NCBI GenBank assembly: GCA_040900015.1
Contig: JBBDZS010000001.1
Location: forward strand, 1-37,026
DNA from: Minisyncoccota bacterium
GTDB taxonomy: Bacteria > Patescibacteriota > Minisyncoccia > Phycocordibacterales > UBA9973
Length of the DNA stretch: 37,026 bases
Reading direction: 5' to 3'
A program made the translations under genes and the position numbers. Under the pieces are notes generated by a model. The model had not been told where the DNA came from, searched no databases, and saw only the letters and a list, made by a program, of their open reading frames with translations. Positions 15,866 through 23,718 of the stretch are shown here, one piece after another (within the stretch, counting starts at the first letter, position 1; each line of letters begins with the position of its first letter).

Positions 15866-17086
15866 ATGCAAACCTTCTTCTTTGGAATTTGGGAAAATAT
15901 CAAGCAGATTTTTTTTTGGCCGAATACCCTTTGGCACCTGTCGGCGATAGCGGTTACCTATTTTATTGTTATGTTTGGTCTAGATTGGAATTACTATGTA
16001 GCCACGCGGTTTATAGATTCAAAATGGTGGATGCCAGCGGGGCTTTTGGGCTTCTTCCTACCGGTTTTGGTGCCGATCGCACTGTATATATTTGGAAGAG
16101 ATCGGAATAACGCAAGAATATTAAATACTTCGTTTGCTTTGGGGCAAGCAGTAATCCTGGCATACTTTATATCTTCAATTTATAAAGCATTCACCGGGAG
16201 GATTCCGCCGGAGTTTAGCAATGCTCTAGTAGATATTAGCAATGGATTTCAGTTTGGTTTTTGGCGGGGAGGAATATTTAATGGCTGGCCTTCTTCCCAC
16301 ACTACTATTGCTTTTGCGATGATTGCTACACTAATAGTTTTATATCCGGAAAATAAAAAAGTCAAATATTTAGGAATTCTTTACGCTCTTTTTGTCGGGC
16401 TAGGAGCTTCTGTCGGTTTCCATTGGCTCTCGGAATTTATTGCCGGACTAATTTTCGGGGTATTGATCGGGATAGTAGTAGGGCGAAGCTTCAAAAACCG
16501 GATGGTAAAAAGCGTTTGGGATAATATAGATCTGATCAAAACACTCCAAAGCGGTGGAGTAGCGGTGATGCCTACGGATACTTTGTACGGCATCATCGGC
16601 AGCGCATTAAACAAAGAGTCAGTAGAACGAATTTATAAGATAAGAGGTAGGGACACAAGCAAGCCTTGCATAATTTTGATAGGGGATATGAACGACCTTG
16701 AGAAATTTTCTATAACACTTTCAAAACCCCAGGAATTTATAATTAAAAGTTTTACATCCTTCGACTCCACTCAGGACATTCGGCCGACAAGCTTCGTTCT
16801 AGATTGTCCTCTCGACTCGCTTTCATACTTGCACAGAGGTACCAGAACGCTTGCTTTTCGAATACCACAATTGGCACATTTGCATGATTTACTTTTAAAG
16901 ACTGGGCCCTTAGTGGCACCCTCTGCTAATACACAAGGAGAAGAGCCGGCCGGGGCGATAATAGAAGCGAAGAAATATTTTGGTGATAACGTAGATGTGT
17001 ATGTAGACGGAGGAGTTCTTTATGGTAGAGCATCAAAGGTTGTCCGACTAAGCCAGGACGGTTCGATTACTACTATCCGAGAATAG
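15866..17086 (+). CDS. Fusion protein: N-terminal PAP2-like membrane phosphatase domain plus C-terminal L-threonylcarbamoyladenylate synthase (TsaC/YrdC) domain
   Basis: A single 406 aa ORF. The N-terminal half has about 5-6 TM helices with KAFTGRIPP, PSSH and HWLSE, which are degenerate PAP2 motifs. The C-terminal half has GGVAVMPTDTLYGIIGSA, IYKIRGRDTSKPCIILI and LVAPSANTQGEEPA, the YrdC signature. Confidence 0.75.
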   Translation: MQTFFFGIWENIKQIFFWPNTLWHLSAIAVTYFIVMFGLDWNYYVATRFIDSKWWMPAGLLGFFLPVLVPIALYIFGRDRNNARILNTSFALGQAVILAYFISSIYKAFTGRIPPEFSNALVDISNGFQFGFWRGGIFNGWPSSHTTIAFAMIATLIVLYPENKKVKYLGILYALFVGLGASVGFHWLSEFIAGLIFGVLIGIVVGRSFKNRMVKSVWDNIDLIKTLQSGGVAVMPTDTLYGIIGSALNKESVERIYKIRGRDTSKPCIILIGDMNDLEKFSITLSKPQEFIIKSFTSFDSTQDIRPTSFVLDCPLDSLSYLHRGTRTLAFRIPQLAHLHDLLLKTGPLVAPSANTQGEEPAGAIIEAKKYFGDNVDVYVDGGVLYGRASKVVRLSQDGSITTIRE

Positions 17087-17118
17087 AAAGATTTAGCGGA
17101 ATATGTCATAATTCTTGA

Positions 17119-18378
17119 ATGAAGTGGAAGAAATACTGGAAGACCTTGGGGCCGGGGCTCACCACTGGTGCGGCAGATGACGACCCTTCGGGAATTGCCA
17201 CATATTCTCAGGTGGGTGCCGCTCGTGGATTTTCCCTGGCATGGCTCGCGCCATTTTCTTTGCCCTTACTCGGAGTTGCCCAAGAAATGAGTGCGCGCAT
17301 TGGCCTAGTGACTGGGGTCGGACTCGCGACCAATATTAAACGGCACCACTCAAGGCAGGCATTGTATGCCTGTACCACGCTTCTGCTCGTGGCTAATACT
17401 TTCAACATTGGAGCCAATCTGGGCGCAATGGCAGAGGTTTCGAAGTTAGTATATCCGTTTCTTAGTTTTCCTATGATGGTCATCTCTTTCGCACTTTTTT
17501 CGCTTATTTTGCAGGTTTTTGTATCCTATAAGAATTATGCGAAATATCTAAAGTATCTAGCCTTGAGTTTGTTTGCTTACATTTTCTCGGCTTTCGCTCT
17601 GGACATATCCTGGGGCGAAGTATTACGAAGCGTCGTTGTTCCGACGGTCAACTTTTCCAAAGAAGAAATAATTTTGATTTGTGCAGTATTGGGCACCACC
17701 ATCAGCCCATATTTATTTTTCTGGCAGAGCTCGCAGGAGGTAGAAGAAGAGATATTGCGTGGTGAGGTTACGGAGGAGGAGCGCCGAGGTAAAGCGACAA
17801 AGGAAGACATCAAAGATATGCGCGTGGATGTCTGGTCTGGAATGTTTATGTCAAATTTGGTGATGTTCTTTATTATTGTTACTTCTTCTGTTACCCTGTT
17901 TCAAAACGGTATAACAAATATTAATACCGCCGCGGATGCCGCAGAAGCTCTCCGCCCCATTGCCGGCAACTTCGCCTTTCTTTTATTTGCTTTAGGAATT
18001 ATTGGCACCGGGTTACTTTCGATTCCGGTATTAGCTGGCTCGGCTTCGTATGCGGTTTCCGAATCCTTTGGTTGGAAGGAAGGCCTATTTCAGAAGTTCA
18101 AGCAGGCAAGCGCATTCTACGGCGTTCTTATAGTGGCTATGATAATCGGAATTATGCTTAATTTCGTAGGACTTAATCCAATCAAAGCGCTTATCTATTC
18201 TGCGGTGATAAACGGCATTGTCTCGCCGATAATTTTATATTTTATTGTCAGTTTGAGCTCTAGAGAGGATGTTATGGGTGAGCACAAGAATAGAGTGCTC
18301 GGAAATATTTTCGGATGGGCCACCGTCGGCATTATGTGCTTGGTAAGTGCTTTCGCTATCATATTTATTTTGGTGTAG
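17119..18378 (+). CDS. mntH: NRAMP-family divalent metal transporter
   Basis: 419 aa. GPGLTTGAADDDPSGIATYSQVGA is the NRAMP N-terminal signature, and the protein is multi-TM. TGtCATAAT lies 6 nt upstream of the ATG. Confidence 0.85.
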   Translation: MKWKKYWKTLGPGLTTGAADDDPSGIATYSQVGAARGFSLAWLAPFSLPLLGVAQEMSARIGLVTGVGLATNIKRHHSRQALYACTTLLLVANTFNIGANLGAMAEVSKLVYPFLSFPMMVISFALFSLILQVFVSYKNYAKYLKYLALSLFAYIFSAFALDISWGEVLRSVVVPTVNFSKEEIILICAVLGTTISPYLFFWQSSQEVEEEILRGEVTEEERRGKATKEDIKDMRVDVWSGMFMSNLVMFFIIVTSSVTLFQNGITNINTAADAAEALRPIAGNFAFLLFALGIIGTGLLSIPVLAGSASYAVSESFGWKEGLFQKFKQASAFYGVLIVAMIIGIMLNFVGLNPIKALIYSAVINGIVSPIILYFIVSLSSREDVMGEHKNRVLGNIFGWATVGIMCLVSAFAIIFILV

Positions 18379-18387
18379 TATCTACAT

Positions 18388-19401
18388 ATGCAAATTTTAG
18401 AAAATTACAATATTAAGAGCCTTAATACTTTTGGCGTGCCTGCCATAGCCAGGTTTTTTGTGGAAGTCTGTTCAGAAGAAGACCTGAAGGATCTTTTTGA
18501 GAATTCAGTTTTCAAACATAACGACAGGGTGGTGCTTGGCGGTGGAAGTAATATTCTCTTCACAAAAAATTATGATGGGTTGATCATCCTAAATAAAATT
18601 AAGGGTATAGAAATTCTAAAGGAAGATGATGAGAGTGTATTCATCAAATCAATGGGTGGCGAAGTGTGGCATGACTTGGTGGAATTCGCGACATCTCGGG
18701 ACTATTGGGGTATTGAAAATCTCGCTCTTATCCCAGGAACGGTCGGCGCTGCTCCGATGCAGAATATTGGGGCATATGGAGCCGAACTGGAAGATACTCT
18801 CGTATCCATAGAAGGGTACAATATGGAAACTGGGAAAAAAGAAACATTCGATAAAGAAGAATGCGAGTTAGGCTACCGAGACAGTGTTTTTAAAAATGAA
18901 CTAAAGGAAAAATATTTCATTTCTTCAATAATTTTGAGATTGAGCAAGAAGGAAAATAAAAATTTAAATTATAAAATACTTCAGGAACACTTGGAGAAAA
19001 ATAAGATAGAAGTGAAAACTTCAAAAGACATCAGCGACGCAGTGTCGGAAATAAGAAGGAGTAAATTACCCGACCCGAAAATTATTGGGAACGCCGGCAG
19101 TTTTTTTAAGAATGTTTTTGTGACTCGGGATGAATTAGAGAGACTCCAGAAAGATTATCCCGAGATTCCATATTTTAAGGAAGTGGAAGCGTTTAAGATA
19201 CCAACTGCATGGCTAATCGAACAATCTGGCTGGAAGGGCAAAAAGATGGGGAACGCTGGTGTCCACGAGAAACAAGCCCTAGTTTTGGTCAATTTTGGCG
19301 GAGCAAAAGGGGAGGACATTAAGGAACTTTCTGAAAAGATAATCGATTCGGTATATAAAAAATTCGGAATCAAGTTAAACACGGAAGTCAATTTGATTTA
19401 G
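18388..19401 (+). CDS. murB: UDP-N-acetylenolpyruvoylglucosamine reductase
   Basis: 337 aa. LGGGSNILF, IPGTVGAAPMQNIGAYG, YRDSVFK and GNAGSFFKN motifs. Confidence 0.9.
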   Translation: MQILENYNIKSLNTFGVPAIARFFVEVCSEEDLKDLFENSVFKHNDRVVLGGGSNILFTKNYDGLIILNKIKGIEILKEDDESVFIKSMGGEVWHDLVEFATSRDYWGIENLALIPGTVGAAPMQNIGAYGAELEDTLVSIEGYNMETGKKETFDKEECELGYRDSVFKNELKEKYFISSIILRLSKKENKNLNYKILQEHLEKNKIEVKTSKDISDAVSEIRRSKLPDPKIIGNAGSFFKNVFVTRDELERLQKDYPEIPYFKEVEAFKIPTAWLIEQSGWKGKKMGNAGVHEKQALVLVNFGGAKGEDIKELSEKIIDSVYKKFGIKLNTEVNLI

Positions 19402-19470
19402 ACACTTTTCAGTGTACAATTAGCATATTACAATTAATTTTTCGCTCTCAAGCGGAGGAAATATAAATTT

Positions 19471-20229
19471 ATGGAAATTTCACAAGAATATAAGATAAAT
19501 ATCTATCGCGCTTTACTAGCTCTAATGGTTATCCTCTCTTTATACTTTGCGGTAAGGCTAGCGTCCGAATTCAGGGCATATGGAATGATTGGAAGCGCTG
19601 GCTCCCATACTATTACTCTTACTGGACATGGAGAAGTAATGGCCGTTCCGGACATCGCGAGTGTATATTTCACAATTTCCAAAGAAGCTAAGACGGTTAA
19701 AGAGGCTCAAGATGCCGTAGCGGTAGTCGAAAAAAAGGCCCTAGACTTTCTTAAAGAGAATGGAGTCGCAGAAAAAGACATCCAAGCATCAAATGCATCT
19801 TTTTACCCTAAATATGAATACAAAGCAAGGACACCCGCAATTTATGCTTATGAGGCTTCTGAGAGTATAACCGTAAAAGTTAGAAACACAGACGATGCGG
19901 GCAGGCTTATTCAAGGTCTAGGTACACTTGGTGTCAGCAATCTTAACGGACCGAATTTTACCATCGACGATGAAGAATCTTTGAAGGCCGAAGCACGCAA
20001 GGCGGCGATTGCCGAAGCGAAGACTAAGGCGGAAGTGCTGGCCAAAGACCTTGGAGTGAAACTCGGCCGAGTAGCGGAGTTTAGTGAGTCAGGCAATTAT
20101 CCTATGTACTATGCCAAGGACGCTAGGTTGTCTATCGGCGAGGCTCAGGCCAGCGATTCAGCCCCCGAGCTTCCGAAGGGAGAGAATACTGTAAGTGTCG
20201 ATGTTGTTATCACTTATGAGATAAGATAA
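19471..20229 (+). CDS. SIMPL (DUF541) domain protein
   Basis: 252 aa with an N-terminal TM anchor. ITLTGHGEVMAVPDIASVYFTI and the C-terminal ENTVSVDVVITYEI are typical of SIMPL. GGAGG lies upstream. Confidence 0.8.
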   Translation: MEISQEYKINIYRALLALMVILSLYFAVRLASEFRAYGMIGSAGSHTITLTGHGEVMAVPDIASVYFTISKEAKTVKEAQDAVAVVEKKALDFLKENGVAEKDIQASNASFYPKYEYKARTPAIYAYEASESITVKVRNTDDAGRLIQGLGTLGVSNLNGPNFTIDDEESLKAEARKAAIAEAKTKAEVLAKDLGVKLGRVAEFSESGNYPMYYAKDARLSIGEAQASDSAPELPKGENTVSVDVVITYEIR

Positions 20230-20246
20230 GTAATTTTGAGCACGAA

Positions 20247-20275
20247 TTGACTATTGTCAAGAATTGGAGTATTAT
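20247..20275 (+). promoter_or_regulatory. Promoter-like element TTGACT - 17 nt - TATTAT; its -35 lies within the 14-mer TTGACTATTGTCAA
   Basis: Hexamers at 20247-20252 and 20270-20275. The 14-mer recurs in reverse-complement form at 23641-23654. Confidence 0.5.
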
Positions 20276-20276
20276 T

Positions 20277-20305
20277 AAAAAAGCCCTTCGAAAGGGGGCT
20301 TTTTT
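20277..20305. terminator. Bidirectional-looking intrinsic terminator (A6 - GCCCTT/GGGGGC hairpin - T6) after the SIMPL gene
   Basis: AAAAAA-GCCCTTCGAAAGGGGGC-TTTTTT. It starts about 2 nt after the -10 of the promoter-like element above. Confidence 0.65.
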
Positions 20306-20334
20306 AAAAGATATAGGAAATTTTTTAAATTTGT

Positions 20335-20520
20335 ATGTCAAAAATAACTGATTATGTTAAAGAAACTAAGACTGAACTAAAGCATGTAATATGGCCTAGC
20401 AGGAATCAGACCTTGTACTATACCCTTATAGTCATAACGCTTTCCGTTCTGATCGCCTATTTCTTGGGTTTATTTGACTATATTTTCTCCAGAGGATTGG
20501 AGAAATTACTAGCCCTCTAA
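20335..20520 (+). CDS. secE: Preprotein translocase subunit SecE
   Basis: 61 aa. ETKTELKHVIWPSRNQ is followed by a single TM helix, and the gene lies immediately upstream of nusG. Confidence 0.9.
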   Translation: MSKITDYVKETKTELKHVIWPSRNQTLYYTLIVITLSVLIAYFLGLFDYIFSRGLEKLLAL

Positions 20521-20535
20521 TTTTCATTATTCTCT

Positions 20536-21081
20536 ATGTCCAAACAAGAAACTGAAGGAATAAGAAGTTGGTATGCCATTCATACTTATGCGGGCTATGA
20601 GAATGTGGTTCTTCGCAACCTAAAACAGCGCATAGACTCACTCGGAATGAACGACAAGATATTTAATGTTATCGTTCCGGTTGAAAAAAAAATAAAGATC
20701 AAAGGCGGTAAGAGAGTGGAAGTGGAAGAGAAGATTTATCCTGGATATGTGCTCGTGGATATGATCGTCACTGACGATTCTTGGTATGTAGTACGCAACA
20801 CTCCGAGAGTAACGGGCTTTGTCGGTGCCGGGGTGAATCCTGTGCCACTTCGCAAAGACGAAGTCGACTTCCTATTTAAGAAAATGGATACATCTACCGC
20901 CAAACATAACATTGACCTTACTCCCGGTGAAACTGTTTTGATCACTGACGGGCCATTCAAAGAGCTTGAAGGCAAGGTAAACTCTGTCGATATCGAGAGA
21001 GGCAAGATCAAGGTATTGGTCTCAATGTTCGGCCGCGAAACTCCAGTAGAACTCGATTTCTTGCAAGTCCGTAAAATTTAA
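20536..21081 (+). CDS. nusG: Transcription termination/antitermination factor NusG
   Basis: 181 aa. WYAIHTYAGYENVV (NGN domain) and a C-terminal KOW domain (GETVLITDGPFKELEGKV). Confidence 0.95.
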   Translation: MSKQETEGIRSWYAIHTYAGYENVVLRNLKQRIDSLGMNDKIFNVIVPVEKKIKIKGGKRVEVEEKIYPGYVLVDMIVTDDSWYVVRNTPRVTGFVGAGVNPVPLRKDEVDFLFKKMDTSTAKHNIDLTPGETVLITDGPFKELEGKVNSVDIERGKIKVLVSMFGRETPVELDFLQVRKI

Positions 21082-21095
21082 CGAACGCAGTGAGT

Positions 21096-21212
21096 ATAAA
21101 TTTGCCGACCCCGTCACAAATTTATTGATTATATAAAGTGAATATGATAGGGTAATTGAGTCAAGTATGTCCATAGGTTATATAGATTTATTAATAAATT
21201 TGATACGGGGTT
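21096..21212. repeat. Nested inverted repeats in the nusG-rplK spacer
   Basis: ATAAATTTG (21096-21104) pairs with CAAATTTAT (21117-21125). GACCCCGTCACAAATTTATT (21107-21126) is an imperfect inverted repeat of AATAAATTTGATACGGGGTT (21193-21212), with 17 of 20 positions pairing. Confidence 0.6.
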
Positions 21213-21249
21213 CATAATTTCCTAATTCGCTTCGCTCATAAGTAAATAT

Positions 21250-21672
21250 ATGAAGAAAATAACTAAAAAAATAAAACTTCAGATTCAGGCGGCCAAGGCT
21301 ACTCCGGCGCCACCTCTTGGGCCAGCACTTGGTCAGGCTGGTATCAATATTGGGGACTTCGTCACTAAGTTTAACGCAGCTACCCAAAAAATGGCCGGAG
21401 ACAAAGTATCCGTGCTTATTCATGTTTTCGAGGATCGTACTTATGATTTCATAATTAAGACACCACCAGTAACTGGACTAATTTTGAAAGCGGCTGGAGT
21501 CGAAAAAGGTTCTGGGAAAAACGCAACTACTAAAGTCGGTAAGATTACTCGAGCCCAAGCCTTGGAAATTGCAAACAAGAAACGAGCCGACCTAAATGCA
21601 AAGGATGATGACGGAGCGATTAATATCGTTGCTGGATCCGCAAGATCAATGGGTATTGAAGTTAAAGATTAG
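21250..21672 (+). CDS. rplK: 50S ribosomal protein L11
   Basis: 140 aa. KLQIQAAKATPAPPLGPALGQAGINI is the uL11 signature. Confidence 0.95.
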   Translation: MKKITKKIKLQIQAAKATPAPPLGPALGQAGINIGDFVTKFNAATQKMAGDKVSVLIHVFEDRTYDFIIKTPPVTGLILKAAGVEKGSGKNATTKVGKITRAQALEIANKKRADLNAKDDDGAINIVAGSARSMGIEVKD

Positions 21673-21696
21673 AAGTAATTGTGCTAAAATATCTAT

Positions 21697-22404
21697 ATGT
21701 CTAAAATAAAAAGTTATTTTTCGAAGAGGAACGTTCTTTTTATTATAATTTTTGCGGTTTTGGGGTTTATAGCTTTACAGATTCCGATAGCACAAATAGA
21801 AGGGTCTAAGGCGAAGTTTATGGTTTATGACGCTTTTGCTCCTATCGCCGGAGCTTTTATTGGCACATTCCCAGGAGTAGTCGCTGTATTTTTTATGCAG
21901 TTTGCGAACTTTCTGTTTCACGGAGCAGAAATCCTCGACGCTGGAACCATCATCAGGTTCTTTCCAATGCTTTTTGCTGCACTGTATTTTGCCAAGAAAG
22001 GCAAATTTAACGTTATCCTTCCAGTAATTGCTATCATTACTTTCGTTGCCCATCCTATCGGCCGAGAGGTTTGGTATTATACACTTTTCTGGACCATTCC
22101 TATTGCTGCTTATTTTTTTAGAGATAAATTTATTTTGGCGAGGGCACTCGGAGCCACCTTTACCGCCCATGCTGTCGGAGGAGCTTTGTGGATTTGGTTC
22201 TTCGCCTTACCAGCACAGGTTTGGATTTCACTTATTCCCGTCGTGGCTCTGGAGCGCGCTTTATTTGCCCTAGGAATCTGTGTTTCTTTTGTCCTAGTTA
22301 ATAATCTTTTAGCTTTACTAGAGAAGAAACAAATTCTCGATCCCGGTTTCACTATCGACCGTAAATATCTCTTCGGCAGTTTTCGCCATGAGCCAAAAGT
22401 CTAG
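21697..22404 (+). CDS. Multi-TM membrane protein of unknown function (possible substrate-capture or transporter component)
   Basis: 235 aa with about 6 TM helices. TGcTAAAAT lies 6 nt upstream of the ATG. Its 3' end overlaps the next gene by 17 nt. Confidence 0.6.
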   Translation: MSKIKSYFSKRNVLFIIIFAVLGFIALQIPIAQIEGSKAKFMVYDAFAPIAGAFIGTFPGVVAVFFMQFANFLFHGAEILDAGTIIRFFPMLFAALYFAKKGKFNVILPVIAIITFVAHPIGREVWYYTLFWTIPIAAYFFRDKFILARALGATFTAHAVGGALWIWFFALPAQVWISLIPVVALERALFALGICVSFVLVNNLLALLEKKQILDPGFTIDRKYLFGSFRHEPKV

Positions 22405-22930
22405 GTCTCAGTCTGAAGTAATTTATGTCGCTTATGTGGCCTCCAGTATTGATGGCCGCATCTCCGAAAGTAGTCGATCGAAACTAGGCTGGACCAGCAA
22501 AGAAGACTGGGATTTTTTTCAGAAATCGCTCCTGGGGTTTGATGCCGTAGTAGTCGGATACAATACCTATGAAATGGCTCGGAAAAATTTAAGCAAGAGA
22601 AACACAATAGTTTTCACTTCTAGGGTAAATACTCCAAATCGCTCAGGTTCAGTGACTTTTTTAAATCCAAAAAAATATGATTTAAATAAATTAATAAAAG
22701 AGAAAGGTTATAAAAAAATAGCTATTTTAGGCGGGCCGAAAATATATAACTACTTTTTGGAACAGAAACTGCTCAACGAGCTTTTTGTTACGATTGAGCC
22801 CTATGTTTTTACAAATGGGGTGTCCATGTTTGCGGGTGAGAGGTTTAGGAAATACAGATTTTCTTTGGAATGGGTTAAAAAACTTAATACGAAAGGCACT
22901 ATTTTATTAAAATATAAATATGGAAATTAA
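22388..22930 (+). CDS. RibD C-terminal domain / dihydrofolate reductase-like family protein
   Basis: 180 aa. YVASSIDGRIS...W.S.ED...F and VVGYNTYE match the RibD_C pattern. It overlaps both neighbouring genes. Confidence 0.75.
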   Translation: MSQKSRSQSEVIYVAYVASSIDGRISESSRSKLGWTSKEDWDFFQKSLLGFDAVVVGYNTYEMARKNLSKRNTIVFTSRVNTPNRSGSVTFLNPKKYDLNKLIKEKGYKKIAILGGPKIYNYFLEQKLLNELFVTIEPYVFTNGVSMFAGERFRKYRFSLEWVKKLNTKGTILLKYKYGN

Positions 22931-23639
22931 AGCTTTTAAAACTAAAATATTCGAAAAAGACCAGGATCTGGTGAAATTTATTCTGAAAAGCATTAAAAAA
23001 ATTCCAGAAAATTCGGTGCTTGTAATTACTTCCAAGATCGTCGCACTCTCCGAAGGGAGAGTCGAGAGAATTCTCGGAGAAAAAGAATTGGTCAGGCTTA
23101 TCAAAAAAGAATCCGATTTCGCTCTTAAAACCAAACATACCTGGCTGACAATTAAAGATGGAATGGTGATGGCATCGGCGGGCATAGACAAATCCAATGC
23201 AAACGGGGGCATGGTGCTCCTCCCGAGAGATAGTTTTGCCTCCGCTCGTTATTTGCGCGCAGTTCTTAAAAAGAAATTTAATCTTAAGAATTTTGGAGTC
23301 CTTATAACCGACAGTCGGCTTTTCCCTCTTCGCGCGGGGATAGTAGGGGTCGCTCTCGGTTACGCAGGATTTAAGGGGATAAAAAATTACATAGGCAAGA
23401 AAGATATTTTCGATCGGGTTATGAAGGTTTCCAAAACTGACATTGCGGATTCTCTGGCGACAGCAGCAGTATTGTTGATGGGAGAAGGCGACGAGAAACA
23501 ACCGCTTGCATTAATTACCGGTGCGCCCGTAGATTTTACAGATAGGGTAAATAGGAAAGAACTTATAATTGATCCCAAAAAAGATATTTATGCTCCTTTG
23601 TTTTCCGATTTAAAGGTAAAGAAATACAAAAATAAGTAA
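22920..23639 (+). CDS. CofE-like (F420-0:gamma-glutamyl ligase family) protein
   Basis: 239 aa. ITSKIVALSEGR, ASAGIDKSNA, LITDS and AAVLLMGEGDE are CofE-family hallmarks. Confidence 0.75.
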   Translation: MEIKAFKTKIFEKDQDLVKFILKSIKKIPENSVLVITSKIVALSEGRVERILGEKELVRLIKKESDFALKTKHTWLTIKDGMVMASAGIDKSNANGGMVLLPRDSFASARYLRAVLKKKFNLKNFGVLITDSRLFPLRAGIVGVALGYAGFKGIKNYIGKKDIFDRVMKVSKTDIADSLATAAVLLMGEGDEKQPLALITGAPVDFTDRVNRKELIIDPKKDIYAPLFSDLKVKKYKNK

Positions 23640-23640
23640 T

Positions 23641-23669
23641 TTGACAATAGTCAAACACAATTGTAGTCT
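23641..23669 (+). promoter_or_regulatory. Promoter-like element TTGACA - 17 nt - TAGTCT upstream of the ATP-grasp gene
   Basis: The -35 lies within TTGACAATAGTCAA, the exact reverse complement of the 14-mer at 20247-20260. An AAGGAAAG SD lies upstream of the ATG at 23719. Confidence 0.45.
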
Positions 23670-23718
23670 AAAAGCAGAAATTGGTTCCGGGCGCAAGTCC
23701 ATTTAAGGAAAGAAAATT

